A stretch of DNA of 63,741 nucleotides, the filler included, from Olpidium bornovanus S191 (lineage: Eukaryota > Fungi > Olpidiomycota), in NCBI GenBank assembly GCA_017911155.1. It is 32 parts of 32 records of this genome, joined end to end, with 100 filler letters (N's around TTAATTAATTAA, not from the genome) between each part and the next. Parts side by side here need not be neighbours in the genome. Positions count along the whole stretch, not along the records: positions 33,336 to 35,903 come from JAEFCI010007059.1; positions 36,004 to 37,081 come from JAEFCI010010058.1; positions 37,182 to 38,247 come from JAEFCI010000940.1; positions 38,348 to 39,629 come from JAEFCI010003021.1; positions 39,730 to 44,305 come from JAEFCI010000447.1; positions 44,406 to 46,443 come from JAEFCI010012924.1; positions 46,544 to 48,544 come from JAEFCI010006170.1; 25 more parts are not named here. One strand, 5' to 3'. A program made the position numbers and the translations under genes. The notes beneath the pieces were generated by a model that saw nothing but the letters and a program-made list of their open reading frames with translations, did not search any database and was not told the DNA's origin. Below, in pieces: positions 35,241 to 46,801 of the stretch (positions are counted from its first letter, which is position 1; each line of letters starts with the position of its first letter).

Positions 35241-36003
35241 GTCGTTCGCTTCCCCGCCAAAATTCCGTCCGCAGACTCCCCGCAACGCGGCGCTATACCG
35301 CGTTCCCCCCAAGATTTCGACAAGATCGCACTCTCTCTCTCCCTCGCCGACAACCCATTTCCCTCCCCTCCACCTCGCCTCTCCTTTACCCACGCGCTCG
35401 GGGATTAGAAGGCCTTTCCAAGAAGAGGTCCAAGCAATGAAAAGAAAAGGAAGCACACCACCCCGACACACTCACAAGCGGCGAGGACTACGCGTCCTCG
35501 CGGACCCGGTGCGGTCCCAGGGCACGGCGGATCGGGCAAGGCCACCGGCAAGCCCTGGGGTTTTCCCGGAAAACCGCTTTGGCGCGCGCGCGTCGGCTGT
35601 TCGGTGGGCCAGCTGCACCCCACATCGACGCGGCGCAAATCTTGGTAAGTTGTCCGCCTCGTTTCGATTCCCCTTTTTTGCGCTTCTTGCATTCCGGAAA
35701 AAACAATTGTTTTGAGCTCACGTTGTTTCGTTCCGACTCTCGCACAGATACAACCAAAGGCCTTGTAAAAGTCCAGCGCTATATTTTTCCCGGCTGGCGG
35801 CGGTTTTCCGGGAGCTTGCCGTTCCCCAGGGTCAAGGGCCGGTGCTCTCGCTCTCCCCGCCCCGGCCGGATGCCGCCACAGCGCGCTCCCGCCCCCGCAC
35901 CTCNNNNNNNNNNNNNNNNNNNNNNNNNNNNNNNNNNNNNNNNNNNNTTAATTAATTAANNNNNNNNNNNNNNNNNNNNNNNNNNNNNNNNNNNNNNNNN
36001 NNN

Positions 36004-37032
36004 CGCCGCTACTCCCAGGGAACGTCCGCGGCCGTCGACCCCGCCGCGGCGTTGCCGCGCGCGGCGTTCTGGATCCCGCTCGAGCGGCGCGTCTACGTCG
36101 GCAACGTCGCCTACGAGGCCACGCCCGAGAACCTCGAGGACTTTTTCGCGCAGTTCGGGCCCGTCATGAAAGTCTCCATGCGGCCGAACAACCCGGACGG
36201 GACCGGGCCGGGCTTCGCGTTCGTCGCGTTCGACAGCGGAGCCTCCGCGAAGCGCGCCGTGGAGGGCGCCGACGGGGCCGCCTTCATGGGCCGCCGGATC
36301 CGGGTGCAGCCGCACATGTCCGAGGAGGAAAAGCAGTCCGCGGCGGACCTGCCGGAGCCCTGGCTGGCCGCGCGGAAGGCAAAGAGCCTGTGCTTCCACC
36401 ACAACCCCCCGGGCGCGAGCACCGAGCAGCTCGCCGAGCACTTCTCGCGCTTCGGCCCGGTGAAGCAGGTCTACGTGCCCTGGAGCGTCGGCGCCGGCAA
36501 GGCACCCCCGCACGGGTACGTCGAGTTCGAGACCGCGGAGGACGCGGAACGCGCGCTCCGGGACCCGACCGCGGCCATGTTCGACGGGTGCCCCATGACC
36601 CTCCGCCCGAATGCGGACAAGTTTTTCTACAAGCTGGCCGAGGCCGGCGGGCAGGTGTACGTGAAGAACCTTCCGTTCAGCGCGACCACGGCAGACCTCC
36701 GGGAGCGCTTCTCCCCCTTCGGCGAGATCGTGGACGTGCGGCTGCCGTCGGACCGGGAACACAACAACGCGCGCGGGTTCGCCTTCATTGCGTTCAAGAG
36801 CTTGGACAGCGTGAACAGCGCCGTCGAGGCGACGAACAACACGTATTTTAGGGGTCGGACGATTACCGTCGAGGTCGCCAAGCGAATAAGAGGCCCCTCT
36901 TTCCGGCTCGCGGAGCGTCCGGCCAACGCATCTTCACGAGTCATCCGTCACCGCGCGCCTCCCCCGTCCCGCCCTAGCGACCAAATTTTAGATCAGCGGG
37001 ACGCAGCCACGACCGAAGAATCTCAAAAGTAA
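36004..37032 (+). CDS. Three-RRM RNA-binding protein, intronless in the contig, 5'-partial
   Basis: RNP2/RNP1 pairs VYVGNV/PGFAFVAF, LCFHHN/HGYVEF and VYVKNL/RGFAFIAF. The frame is open from the contig start (RRYSQGTSAA..). Confidence 0.9.
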   Translation, partial: RRYSQGTSAAVDPAAALPRAAFWIPLERRVYVGNVAYEATPENLEDFFAQFGPVMKVSMRPNNPDGTGPGFAFVAFDSGASAKRAVEGADGAAFMGRRIRVQPHMSEEEKQSAADLPEPWLAARKAKSLCFHHNPPGASTEQLAEHFSRFGPVKQVYVPWSVGAGKAPPHGYVEFETAEDAERALRDPTAAMFDGCPMTLRPNADKFFYKLAEAGGQVYVKNLPFSATTADLRERFSPFGEIVDVRLPSDREHNNARGFAFIAFKSLDSVNSAVEATNNTYFRGRTITVEVAKRIRGPSFRLAERPANASSRVIRHRAPPPSRPSDQILDQRDAATTEESQK

Positions 37033-37181
37033 TACCGAGGGATTTGCCGGACAATCCGGCGCGCGCGTCGTTTGCTTTTGCNNNNNNNNNNNNNNNNNNN
37101 NNNNNNNNNNNNNNNNNNNNNNNNNTTAATTAATTAANNNNNNNNNNNNNNNNNNNNNNNNNNNNNNNNNNNNNNNNNNNN

Positions 37182-37366
37182 AGTTCAGTGCCGCCTCGAG
37201 CTTCCGTTTGGCGTCCGTCTTCGCGATCAGCTGTTCCAGCCGGGTGGTGTTCTCCGAAACGACCTGCGTGAGCGCCACCTTCAGTTTCGTGACCTTGGCC
37301 TTTTTGCGGTGGGGACAGAAAAAAAAAAAAAAAATCGCGCCGGTCAAACTTGATTGTTGCCCGTCT

Positions 37367-37419
<53 letters not shown>

Positions 37420-37780
37420 CCTCTCTCCGCCTTCGCTCTCACATCCCACGCCTCGATCTCTTTCGCTCTCCTGTTGTCTTCGCGCTGGAGCTTCTCTCTC
37501 AGCTCGTCGGCGTTCTTGTTCACGCCCATCCTTTCCAGCTTGTCCAGGTCTATGATCTGGCCGAACTTCAACATCTGCACGTCGTAAGCGCGGGCTTCGA
37601 GTTCTGCGAGCTGCGGCCGGGAGGAAGGAGGGGCGAGGGGGGGAAATGGGGATAAGAAATAAACGGGATAAGAAATAAATATGCATGCGCACGTGCGAAT
37701 GAACGAATGGTAACCGATTTGCCCGTTTCGCGCCAGGTAACGTCCGTTTTCTCGTCCACCCGGACCGGCCCTTTTCCCCC

Positions 37781-37811
<31 letters not shown>

Positions 37812-38067
37812 ACACCCACCGCCGCCCGCCCGCGTTCTCGTCGGGGCTCACCTTGGCCTGCTTCTCTTTCCTGCTCTTTATCAGGCTCACGTGGCTTTTC
37901 TTCAGCTGCTTGTGCTGCTTTCGTATGTCGATCTTTTCCTGCTGCAACTCCTTGATCCTCTCCTTCAGCCTGCGCAGCCCGGAGTTTACGAACACGAGCG
38001 CCGGGGAAAGGTCTGTCGGCAGCGCGTCGTTTTCCAAGTACTGCATCTGGTGCAGACGTAGAGGGAC
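37182..38067 (-). CDS. CFAP44: Cilia- and flagella-associated protein 44 (WDR52), C-terminal coiled-coil exons
   Basis: Exons 38067-37852, 37610-37443, 37299-37182. LRLHQMQY..LPTDLSPALVF.NSGLRRLKERIKELQQEK and MLKFGQIIDLDKLE..VN..ADEL align with my recollection of human CFAP44 ([43 protein letters not shown]). Confidence 0.85.
37371..37425. repeat. (CT)n/(GA)n microsatellite in a CFAP44 intron
   Basis: Read directly; similar GA-rich tracts occur at about 46690-46795 and 48800-48930. Confidence 0.9.
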
Positions 38068-38347
38068 CTGGGGTTGAAGGGAGCCGGGGGGGGGGGGGGG
38101 GGGGGGCCAAAAAAGGGGGGGGGAAAAGGCCGGGGGGTGGTCTGTTGGAGCTCGCGAAGGACGGTGAGTGACGGGTTTTCTTTTTTCGTCTTTTTTTTGT
38201 TTTTGCCGGTTTTCTGGATGCAACCCGCGTCTGATCGTGTCTGTGTGNNNNNNNNNNNNNNNNNNNNNNNNNNNNNNNNNNNNNNNNNNNNTTAATTAAT
38301 TAANNNNNNNNNNNNNNNNNNNNNNNNNNNNNNNNNNNNNNNNNNNN

Positions 38348-38870
38348 AACGGTTGAGACCCAGACACAAGGCGCCGACCTGTGGGTGGGTGGGAATGCCA
38401 AACTCGGGACGGCATTTGTTGCGCGACAATGGATAGGTCATTTCGTTCAGGCGCTATCCGACCACATGAACCTACCGTTTAGCGGGGGCACTGTAACTCA
38501 AACGATGTTAGTGGCAAAGGCAGTCACCTGATCGATGCCCTTTTTCCCAACTCCTCTGAAACGAAGCTCCCCCTCTCCTCTTTTTGAATTCGAACAAAAT
38601 GTAAACCATGTTCACAGCGTAGCGCGTCCCGTGCTGAGTCTGCATGACGAGCCACAACAGGTCTTAGTGGCTCCGCTGTCGCGTCGGATGGGGCGCAGCG
38701 CCGGTGCGAAAGGGAGGACCCCCTTTCCGCCGGGGCTGCCTTCCAAAGTAAACGGGCAATCCCCGTAGACAAAAAGCCATCGTTCTCTTCTTCCCATATC
38801 TCGCTTGGTCTGCGCGCGCAGTCTCCATTCTCTCGGTCTTGCGCACGGTACTTATTAAGCGCGCAATGCG
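38348..38870 (-). mobile_element. Possible Mutator (MULE) transposase relic
   Basis: Broken frames give GIARLLWKAAPAE (cf. LW.AA.A) followed by RIQKEE..LGKR and FATNIV(E) (cf. ..W...RYG..TTN.AES); several stops and shifts. Confidence 0.3.
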
Positions 38871-39794
38871 TGGCCACCCGTAATGTCAACCCGCTCGCTC
38901 GCGTCGTCGCTCGGCCGGTCTGTCGACCGGTCACTGCGCCGATGAGCTCCCAGAAGCCTCCGACGGCGCCTTCGCCAATGCCATGCCGACAGCCCGTTCG
39001 GTCTCCCCTTCTCCTCGCCCACGCCCCGGACCTCGTCAGTGGTCCCACCGGTGAGTTCGCCGGTGGTTCCGCCGGTGTCTCAAGCGTTCGCCGGCGACCC
39101 CGGACGAACGTTCTCCCCTTCAACGACCCCACCGGCCTGCCCGGTGGTGACCTCGCTGGTCTCCTTGATCCTGCCAGCGGCACCGTGCTCACCCCTCGAC
39201 CCACTCACGTCTCAGCCGGCGCCTCGGCCCCGACCGACCGGCTCCGCAACATGCCTCTCCGCGTGATGAAACGCAGCCGTTGCCGACCCCGGAGCACGCC
39301 GTCTGCCCGTCGTCAGCATCGCGTGTCGCAAGGCATCCAGTGGGTCCGTCCAGTCGCGCGCAAGGTGGCGTTGGCAGAAGTTAACAGGCGCAACCGACAT
39401 ATGCAACGTATGCAATGTATGCAGCCAACGTATGCAGCGTCGCGCGTGGCATGCAACCAATATATGCAGCGAGTTTGCCTTCTGTATCACATCGGCTTCA
39501 AAACTTGCCTTCACATCGGCAATCCGAATCTGCTTCTGGCGCTGCCTTCCAGAATCTGCGTTCGCCTCTATCCTCAGAAATCTGCCTTCGCCTTTACCCC
39601 TAACTGCCAGCCGAATCTGCGTTCGCATGNNNNNNNNNNNNNNNNNNNNNNNNNNNNNNNNNNNNNNNNNNNNTTAATTAATTAANNNNNNNNNNNNNNN
39701 NNNNNNNNNNNNNNNNNNNNNNNNNNNNNCATGCGAGCTTTAAGGTCACAAGTGATATCTCTCGTTATTATAGAAAACTTCGCCGACGACGTAC

Positions 39795-40874
39795 CATCCT
39801 CGTTCGCAATTCTGTCATCGGAATAGAGGTCCTTCTTCTCGGCTTTCCGCTCGATGTTCAGATCGTGGGAAAATTTGCACTTGCTTCCCTTCGTGCACTG
39901 ACCTGCTTTGAAATAATTACACAAGACACTCTTGGGATCTGTGCCAAATGGCACCTACAGAGAATGAAGGAAAACTGTCAGGCGTGACGCGGAGACTCAG
40001 CATTGGCCAGCAAAACGTCCGAGCTGGCGGTCAGGAACGAGCGCAACCGAAGCAACACGGACTTTTTGTTGAGGCTGGACGACTTTGAAAAGCTCGGCTA
40101 GCTCTTCCTTTCGCTCCTGTTCTTCCTTCTTTTTCTGAGCTTGCTACTTAACGTGCCGGTAACCGTTAAGGTCTGAACCGGCGACGCCTTGGCTTCCCCT
40201 CACGCGACATACGCGCGAACCGAAATCCGATCGACCAACCTTAGCCTTCGCGGCAGCAGCATCTCGATCGGCTTTCCCTCCGAGTTCCGCATTCGCTTTG
40301 ACCTTTCGAACGGCATCGCAAATTTCACGATGGGTACCGGCTACCGTGCTTCAACTCGACTCGGTCCCCCGCTGCGGTCGAACCGCTCGCCGGCGTCGAT
40401 CCGACTCATCGGGTCGCGGAAACGTACCTGCTGGATGTACTTGTTGACCTTGGTGGACTTGTTCTTGTTCTACGCATTGAACGTCCCGTGGAGGAGCAGC
40501 CGGTGCGGAGCTAGGCTCGTTAACCGCGCCCGCCAGCTGCAACGAAAAAACGGGCCAGGAAGGGGCGGGGAGTGGGGCCGGGAAAGGGACCGGAGCCCGC
40601 CACTGGGACCCGGTTAAGGAGCTCGGGGGTCGACCAACCTTCAGGCCAAAGGTCTTGTCCTCGACGACCTTCGCCTTCGCCGCTTTCTGCTCGTGCGCGT
40701 CGGCGGGCAGACGGCGGGGCGCTTTTTTAGTCAGTTCGCGCGCGGGCGGCACGCGCGCGTGTCCGACTTCTTTTTACTTCTTCTGCTTGGTTGCCCCCCT
40801 CCCCTCCTCCTCCCAAAACGCGGGCTCTCTCTCACTTGGGCTTTCGAGGCTGCTTGTTGCTTCTTCGGCGGCAT
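39795..40874 (-). CDS. TMA46: CCCH zinc-finger translation-machinery-associated protein Tma46/ZC3H15, 3'-truncated
   Basis: Exons 40874-40836, 40686-40639, 40469-40428, 40302-40240, 40143-40063, 39954-39795. [27 protein letters not shown] and [31 protein letters not shown]. Confidence 0.95.
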
Positions 40875-41159
40875 AGCGCGTTGGGAAGACTCTTCTTTCC
40901 TCGGGTGGCGGGCGGGCGATTCCGGAGCGTTTTCGGTGTTGGGGCGGTTTGCGTTTGCGGGCCCTGACCTTCCTTCCCTCTCTCCCCTTCCCGAGACCAT
41001 CCCCACCATCCCATTCCCCCGTCCGAGCCTGTAGGCAACCAGCCAACCAACCAACCCACCCCGGAAGACGCAGACGCAGACGCAGAGCTCGGGGCAAAGC
41101 GGGAAGCAGAGTCAAAAGGGGTCTTCTCTGCAAAGCTCCGTAAGGGAATGGTGTTCTTC

Positions 41160-41700
41160 CGCTATATACTTCTAGCTTGTTTTCGGTGAGGATTTCCTAG
41201 ACCTGGTCTAGATTATACTATCGAGTCTGCCAGATATAGATAACTATTGATTAATGGTTAATAAGTACATTTATAAGCAGTTATACTTTAGTACTAGCAT
41301 AAGTTATAAGTACAGTAATTATAATTAGATAGTTATATTGGTATAAATTACTATATTGGTATATAGTTAGCTACTATTATAGTATAGTGTATAGTACTAT
41401 ATAAATAGTACATTACTATGCAATTATGAATAACTATAATATGCCACACCCTTACTACTATGGTGCAGTACCAATATGACTACAGCTATATACATCTTTT
41501 AAGGAGCTATTAGTTCACTACTAATCGCACTATAACTAACATAGTATGTATAGTTATTACATAATATAGTATAATGTTATCGATATACTTAGCAGGTAGT
41601 AGTTGCCTAAACAGAAGTGGTTACTTTTAATCGTTCAAGACTTTTATCTTGTATATACCAACATTCATATCATATATATTATGGTATTGGTAAGTATCTC
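41160..41700. other. AT-rich, TpA-saturated block (RIP-like mutational signature)
   Basis: Hand count for 41281-41340: 20% GC, TpA 16 vs ApT 9, CpA+TpG 3 vs ApC+GpT 8. The flanks are GC-rich. Confidence 0.75.
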
Positions 41701-41885
41701 CCTCCAGGGGTTTACGGTAGGACGAAGTTCCTGCCGCGCGATGCCCTTCTATCCGGCCTGAATCAAGCACCCATGTTTTCTCTCCGATAACTCCTCATCG
41801 TCGCGTGCACCGTAACCCATGGTTGCGCAAAAAATTTGCAAAATCTTAATTTTTTTTTGTTCTTTCTGGCAGTTGGCCCCAGGCT

Positions 41886-42860
41886 GTTTGTCGTTTAACA
41901 ACCACCCGGGGTGTCGCGCACGCCAAGCATGTTCTTGAATATGGTGAATTTGACCTTGTCCAGTGGTTTCGCGCGGAGGGCAGCTGGACCTCAGCGGAGG
42001 CGATGGGCTCGATCGGGAAAATTTTATCTGCGACACATTGCTTTATGTGATGGAACCTGATGTTGATATGCTTGGGACCTCTTATGATGCCTTGTTGTCG
42101 GCCGCGAGCTCGGCAGCTCCATTTGTTGTCTATGCGGAGCGGCGTCGGTTTTTAGACGGCCCCGGAAGGTGGCGCAGTACTCGTTTTAACCGTCGCGCGG
42201 TGACGTGCCGTCGGTTTCACGCAGAAACGCAACGACACAGCGACGGCGAGGTCGGGTTGTGTCATGGAAGACAACCAAAGTAGAAAGAGCCGTATGACTT
42301 CTGCATACCTCGTCACGTCTGGTTCAGTCGCGTCCGGGGCCGTGAGTGTTTCAATGACCCCCGCTTTCCGCGGGAGTGCTCACGGTCCTCGCGCTGCGCA
42401 TGCCGTATTTGGTAAGCAGTTGACTCACATAGTGTGCTTGGTCTATGGCGATGAACCCGTCTTCGCCCATGGTGACCCCGACGCCCAGGATAAAGCATAG
42501 GTCGCTCCCGTCCGACATCTTGAGCTTTCTGGCAAGTTTATTCCCGAATTTGGTGGCGAGTTCTTCCTCAAGGGCCGGTGATCAACGTATATGAAGACCA
42601 CCCAGCACGCTGTGTTTTGGTCTGCTCTCGTCATGTCCTCTGATGCTGCAAGCACATATACCCAGGGCTCGGACGGCATTGGGTTGATTTCAACCGCATT
42701 AGCTTCTCGTGATGGCGATGGTTCTACACCCTTCCAAAAACTCCGGCCCAAGTAGCATCTGTAGCGAGCCTTTTCGGTTTTTCCATGAACAGTTTCATGA
42801 ACAGATAGAAGAGGAAATAGGCGCACCAGTTGGCAGATTAACATAGCACGCATCTCGCGC
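41886..42860 (-). mobile_element. Degenerate Ty1/Copia pol (RT-RNase H) remnant with probable 3' LTR start
   Basis: Ordered motifs WVVFIYVDH (YVDD, ~42585), LWLSSMTQPDLAVAV (TRPDIA), PTPLRIDN and KHINIRFHHIKQCV (KHIDIRYHF). It ends ..MLGVRDTPGGC* where GGGTGGT precedes TGTT at 41900. Multiple stops and deletions. Confidence 0.85.
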
Positions 42861-44405
42861 ACCTTCCTTGGTCCCTCCTCGTAAGGGGATCATGCCTCAA
42901 ATCAGCCGGATGCTGCGGATCACTCCGTCAACTACCGAGGCCGCAATTTGGCGGACGGCGGGAGGCTAGGGCCAGATCCGGAGCTTTTGATGGCTCTTTC
43001 TTCGGCAACGCCCCGCTCCACAGCTATCACCTCTGCTGAGAGCGGTGGGGCCTAGGGACCACGCCGTAAAGCCGCTGGGCCGTAATGCGGCCGGAGCAAG
43101 GCTATCCTGCAACGAAATACGGCCGCGCATGTTCGTGTGTTCGGCTGGCGCGTGGGGGGGGGGGCGGGGGCGGGGGAAAACAAAATCTCTCAGCACGCCA
43201 AAACATGCCCTCGCCATGCTGACTGCTCTCTTCTTCTTCGCAGTATATTGCCTTCCTGCTCGTATATGCGAATTTTAGCGGAAAGCTTGTTGAGGAACGC
43301 CCTCGCCAGGTTCCGTAATCCGCGGGTTTACCGTAAAAGGTGTATCCGCAAGTTGAACGCTTAATACTACACAGAGTATAAAGTATAGTTTAACGATTGT
43401 GTGGTAGCAATTACACTAGCAGATGTACAATTGAGCATATAAATCCAAATAAGGGTGGTACTGATGGAACGACACTTGATTACACAACCAAACTGTGCCG
43501 CGACGTACAACCAGGCTTCACACAGACCACTCGGGCGTGATGTGTTCTGTGCGGGCGGCGAACCATTTGCTGGAAAACATTGTGTAAGCTGCGACGGGGG
43601 GTCGAGCGCAATGAGTCGAGATTCGTTGTCGACGTAGTCCTCGACGCCTCGCCGAGGTGCGCGCAGGTGGGGCGGGGCAGCCGCGGCTCTATGCCCTTAG
43701 TTTCTTTTTGATTGGAACCGATCAGCAGGGAGGAGGGTGAGGTGGCCGTGAATCGCGCACCGGTCTCGCTCGACACTACCGAGGCTTCCGGGCCGAGGAG
43801 ACCTCCAAGGCTGCAACGCGCTCGTCGTGCGTCGACGACGACCCTGGGCCCGCCGCCTCGCCCGCTGCAGCTCCTGTCGAAGGGGCAGTTCCCGACGCTC
43901 CGCTGCTCGCCCCGCCGACGAATCGGACGACGTCCCGTCGAGGCCGCCCCCGCCGGGTCTTTTGTTTCTTCTTCTTCTTTTCGTTCGGGGGGCGTGCTGT
44001 TGCTCTGGCCGGGCCTGGCCGGCGGGGGCGCAGCTGCTAGCTAAAGCGGGCCCACACCGCGCGCTATTTTACGCGGAGGGACTTGCCGTCGACGAGGGCA
44101 TCGATTCGCCTCTCGGCGCACCAAGGCGCCTTCACCACCAACGTTCTTCGCGAACTAAAAGGTCACTTCGGGAGCACGCGCACGCTGCAGGATATTCACG
44201 CGCCCTGAGGGCGCAAAAGACGTGAGGGCCGCCCCGGGCCCCCCGCCCCCCCCCCCCCCCCGCCCCCCGCCGCCCCCCCCCCCCCCCCCCCCCCCAACAC
44301 CCCACNNNNNNNNNNNNNNNNNNNNNNNNNNNNNNNNNNNNNNNNNNNNTTAATTAATTAANNNNNNNNNNNNNNNNNNNNNNNNNNNNNNNNNNNNNNN
44401 NNNNN

Positions 44406-45887
44406 ACCCCGCCAAGAGTATTGCTGGAAGCAAACGTCGAAGTGAGCCAGAGCGAATTCCAAGGTTTGCACAAAATTACCAATTCGTGTGCTCGCCTTCA
44501 TTTCAAAGAACTCGCAGGTTTTCATGCCAACGTAAGTTCCCAACCAATTGCAGGTAAGGACATCGACAATCCACTTGCAGAGTCCGAACACAATAAGTAA
44601 GCGACACGGTAGAGAATAGGGGCGTAGCAGGCATCGCAAAGCAGGTCATCCTTGAAAAACATGTCGTAAAAATGACGACTCACGTGATCCCACCAACACT
44701 CTCCAAAATTAGGAAGATGGTGTTGTAAAGAGTATTCCATGATCTCAAACATCACGGACAAAACCCAGCACAGCCAATAGTCCCGGAGGATTATGGCTTT
44801 GCAGAACCACCCCACCGCATGGGCGACCACAAATATATCTAGTTGGTTCTATGGGGAAACAAACGCGAGACCAACGTTAGCTGCGGAACACTCCAAGCAA
44901 TCCGGATCACGCAGACCTAGTGCAACACGGAACCTTACCATGATGTTGCTAAGCGTTATCTCGCAGTTGTCGGCGTAGGATCGCTCCGGAAGCTCAACCC
45001 CCAGATTGGGGTCGTAGAATGCAAAAAGTTTCCGAGCATCTTCTTTCGTCTATCCAGGGTGGAACATAAAAGACATGAAAACTCGTACGTACAACACCCA
45101 ATCAAAAACTCCTACGACCAACGGTCGGCATTGTCCGCCGATATTAATGCTTACCTGAAAGAGAAGAAAGACCAAAAACATTTGATAGAGCACGCTGAAG
45201 GCGATGACGACTCGCCAAAGCGCAGGGTGAGGTCGTATGAACACACCATCTCGAAATTGGAGAAGCCCGATGACGAGGAAGCAGATGGATGCCGCAGAGA
45301 GCCCGCTTGAGAACGCGTGTACTGTGCGTCAACACGGAGGTTGATGCACCGACCAACCAAAATTATCCGCTTACATTTTCGTATTCGACACTGTGTCCGC
45401 CTCCTTCCAGAGCGCGTAATAGAGAAATCCGCCAAGCATCAGCACCAGGACGGTCAATGTGCGCGGATGGACTGTAGCGGTATGTATCAAAACGGTTTCA
45501 GTGAACTCCAGCAGTTTCTTTTCTTTGGTCCGTGCGTCGACGCGACCGGACATCGCGCCGACGCCATACGCCAAAGGCAAGCGCCGCACCCCACAGCCGC
45601 GCAAACTTACAGAAGAAAGACATGGTCGCCTCTTCCTGCGCCCGCGCCATTGCTCCTCGGCTTATCCGCGGGCTGGGCGCTGTGGTCAGGGATATGGTGG
45701 GACCCGCCTGGCGGGATGACGAAGACAACGACGGGGTCCCTGGATTCCGCTTCCGAAGAGGGGTAGTGTCTGTCGCATCCAACAAAGATTCCGTGTCGTC
45801 ACCGCGAAACGCCACTGGCGCCGTATGCGGCTCGTGCGTCCGGTCGTCGCCGCGCTGCGGTGCGCGCTTCCTGAGGTTGTACGGCAT
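44406..45887 (-). CDS. PTDSS: Base-exchange phosphatidylserine synthase (PTDSS1/2, PSS family), 3'-truncated
   Basis: Exons 45887-45611, 45471-45375, 45305-45155, 45049-44939, 44848-44684, 44573-44496, 44423-. [70 protein letters not shown]. Confidence 0.93.
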
Positions 45888-46358
45888 CGAGATGCACAGG
45901 AGGCGCGGGCTCGTGCACTGGGGGCGGCGCGAGTGAGCACGCAATAACCGATCGCCAGGCAAACTCTACTTTGCGAGCGGCCTACGCATGCGGCGAACGC
46001 CATACCTTGTTCGGGGGCAAGACTTTCCGACGCTTCCACCCGCCCAACCCCGCCCCACCCCCCGAACCTGGGGGACCGCTCACTTCGGAGCACAAGGACG
46101 CGGGACTGCGGCAAATGAGGTCGCCCGCGTTTCAAGCCCGCGCCAGCAAACGGTTTCCGTGGGAGCTCGGTGCGTCCAGGCGACGCCCGTGCGCGGTTTG
46201 TGGCGCTCTGCGCGGCCGCCGGCTCGGCGGGGCGGGGCCGTCCGGTCGTCGTCGTCGTCGTCGCCGCCGCAGGAGAACGCGGAGCAGGGCGGCGGGGGCG
46301 CGAAGCGGGCTGCGCTGCGCGCAAACTGCGGGGGAATCGCGGAAATTTTGGGAGGCTC

Positions 46359-46392
<34 letters not shown>

Positions 46393-46801
46393 CCCCCCCC
46401 GGTTACCCAATGGCGAAAAAAAAAAAAAAAAAAAAGTTGCGTGNNNNNNNNNNNNNNNNNNNNNNNNNNNNNNNNNNNNNNNNNNNNTTAATTAATTAAN
46501 NNNNNNNNNNNNNNNNNNNNNNNNNNNNNNNNNNNNNNNNNNNAAAAAAAAAAGCGGTCGCGGCTCTAAATATCGCCAAATGACTCCGAGGATCGACTGC
46601 GACAAGGTGGGGGAAAGGGGCGGGAGGGAATAATCGGCAAAAGCCCGCGTCTCCGCGCCATGCAAAGCGAGGAGAAATCAGGACCAAGAGAGAGAAAGAG
46701 AGAGAGGGAGAGAGAGAAGAGAGAGAGATAACGAGTGAGCGGAGAGAGAGAGAGGAGAGAAAGAGAGAGAGATAGAGAGAGAGAGAGGGAGAGAGTGCTG
46801 A

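Noticed and set aside
45371-45604. ORF-track start MSGRVDART.. for the PS synthase
   Set aside because: It lies in intron 45610-45472; splicing gives [12 protein letters not shown], which matches the family.
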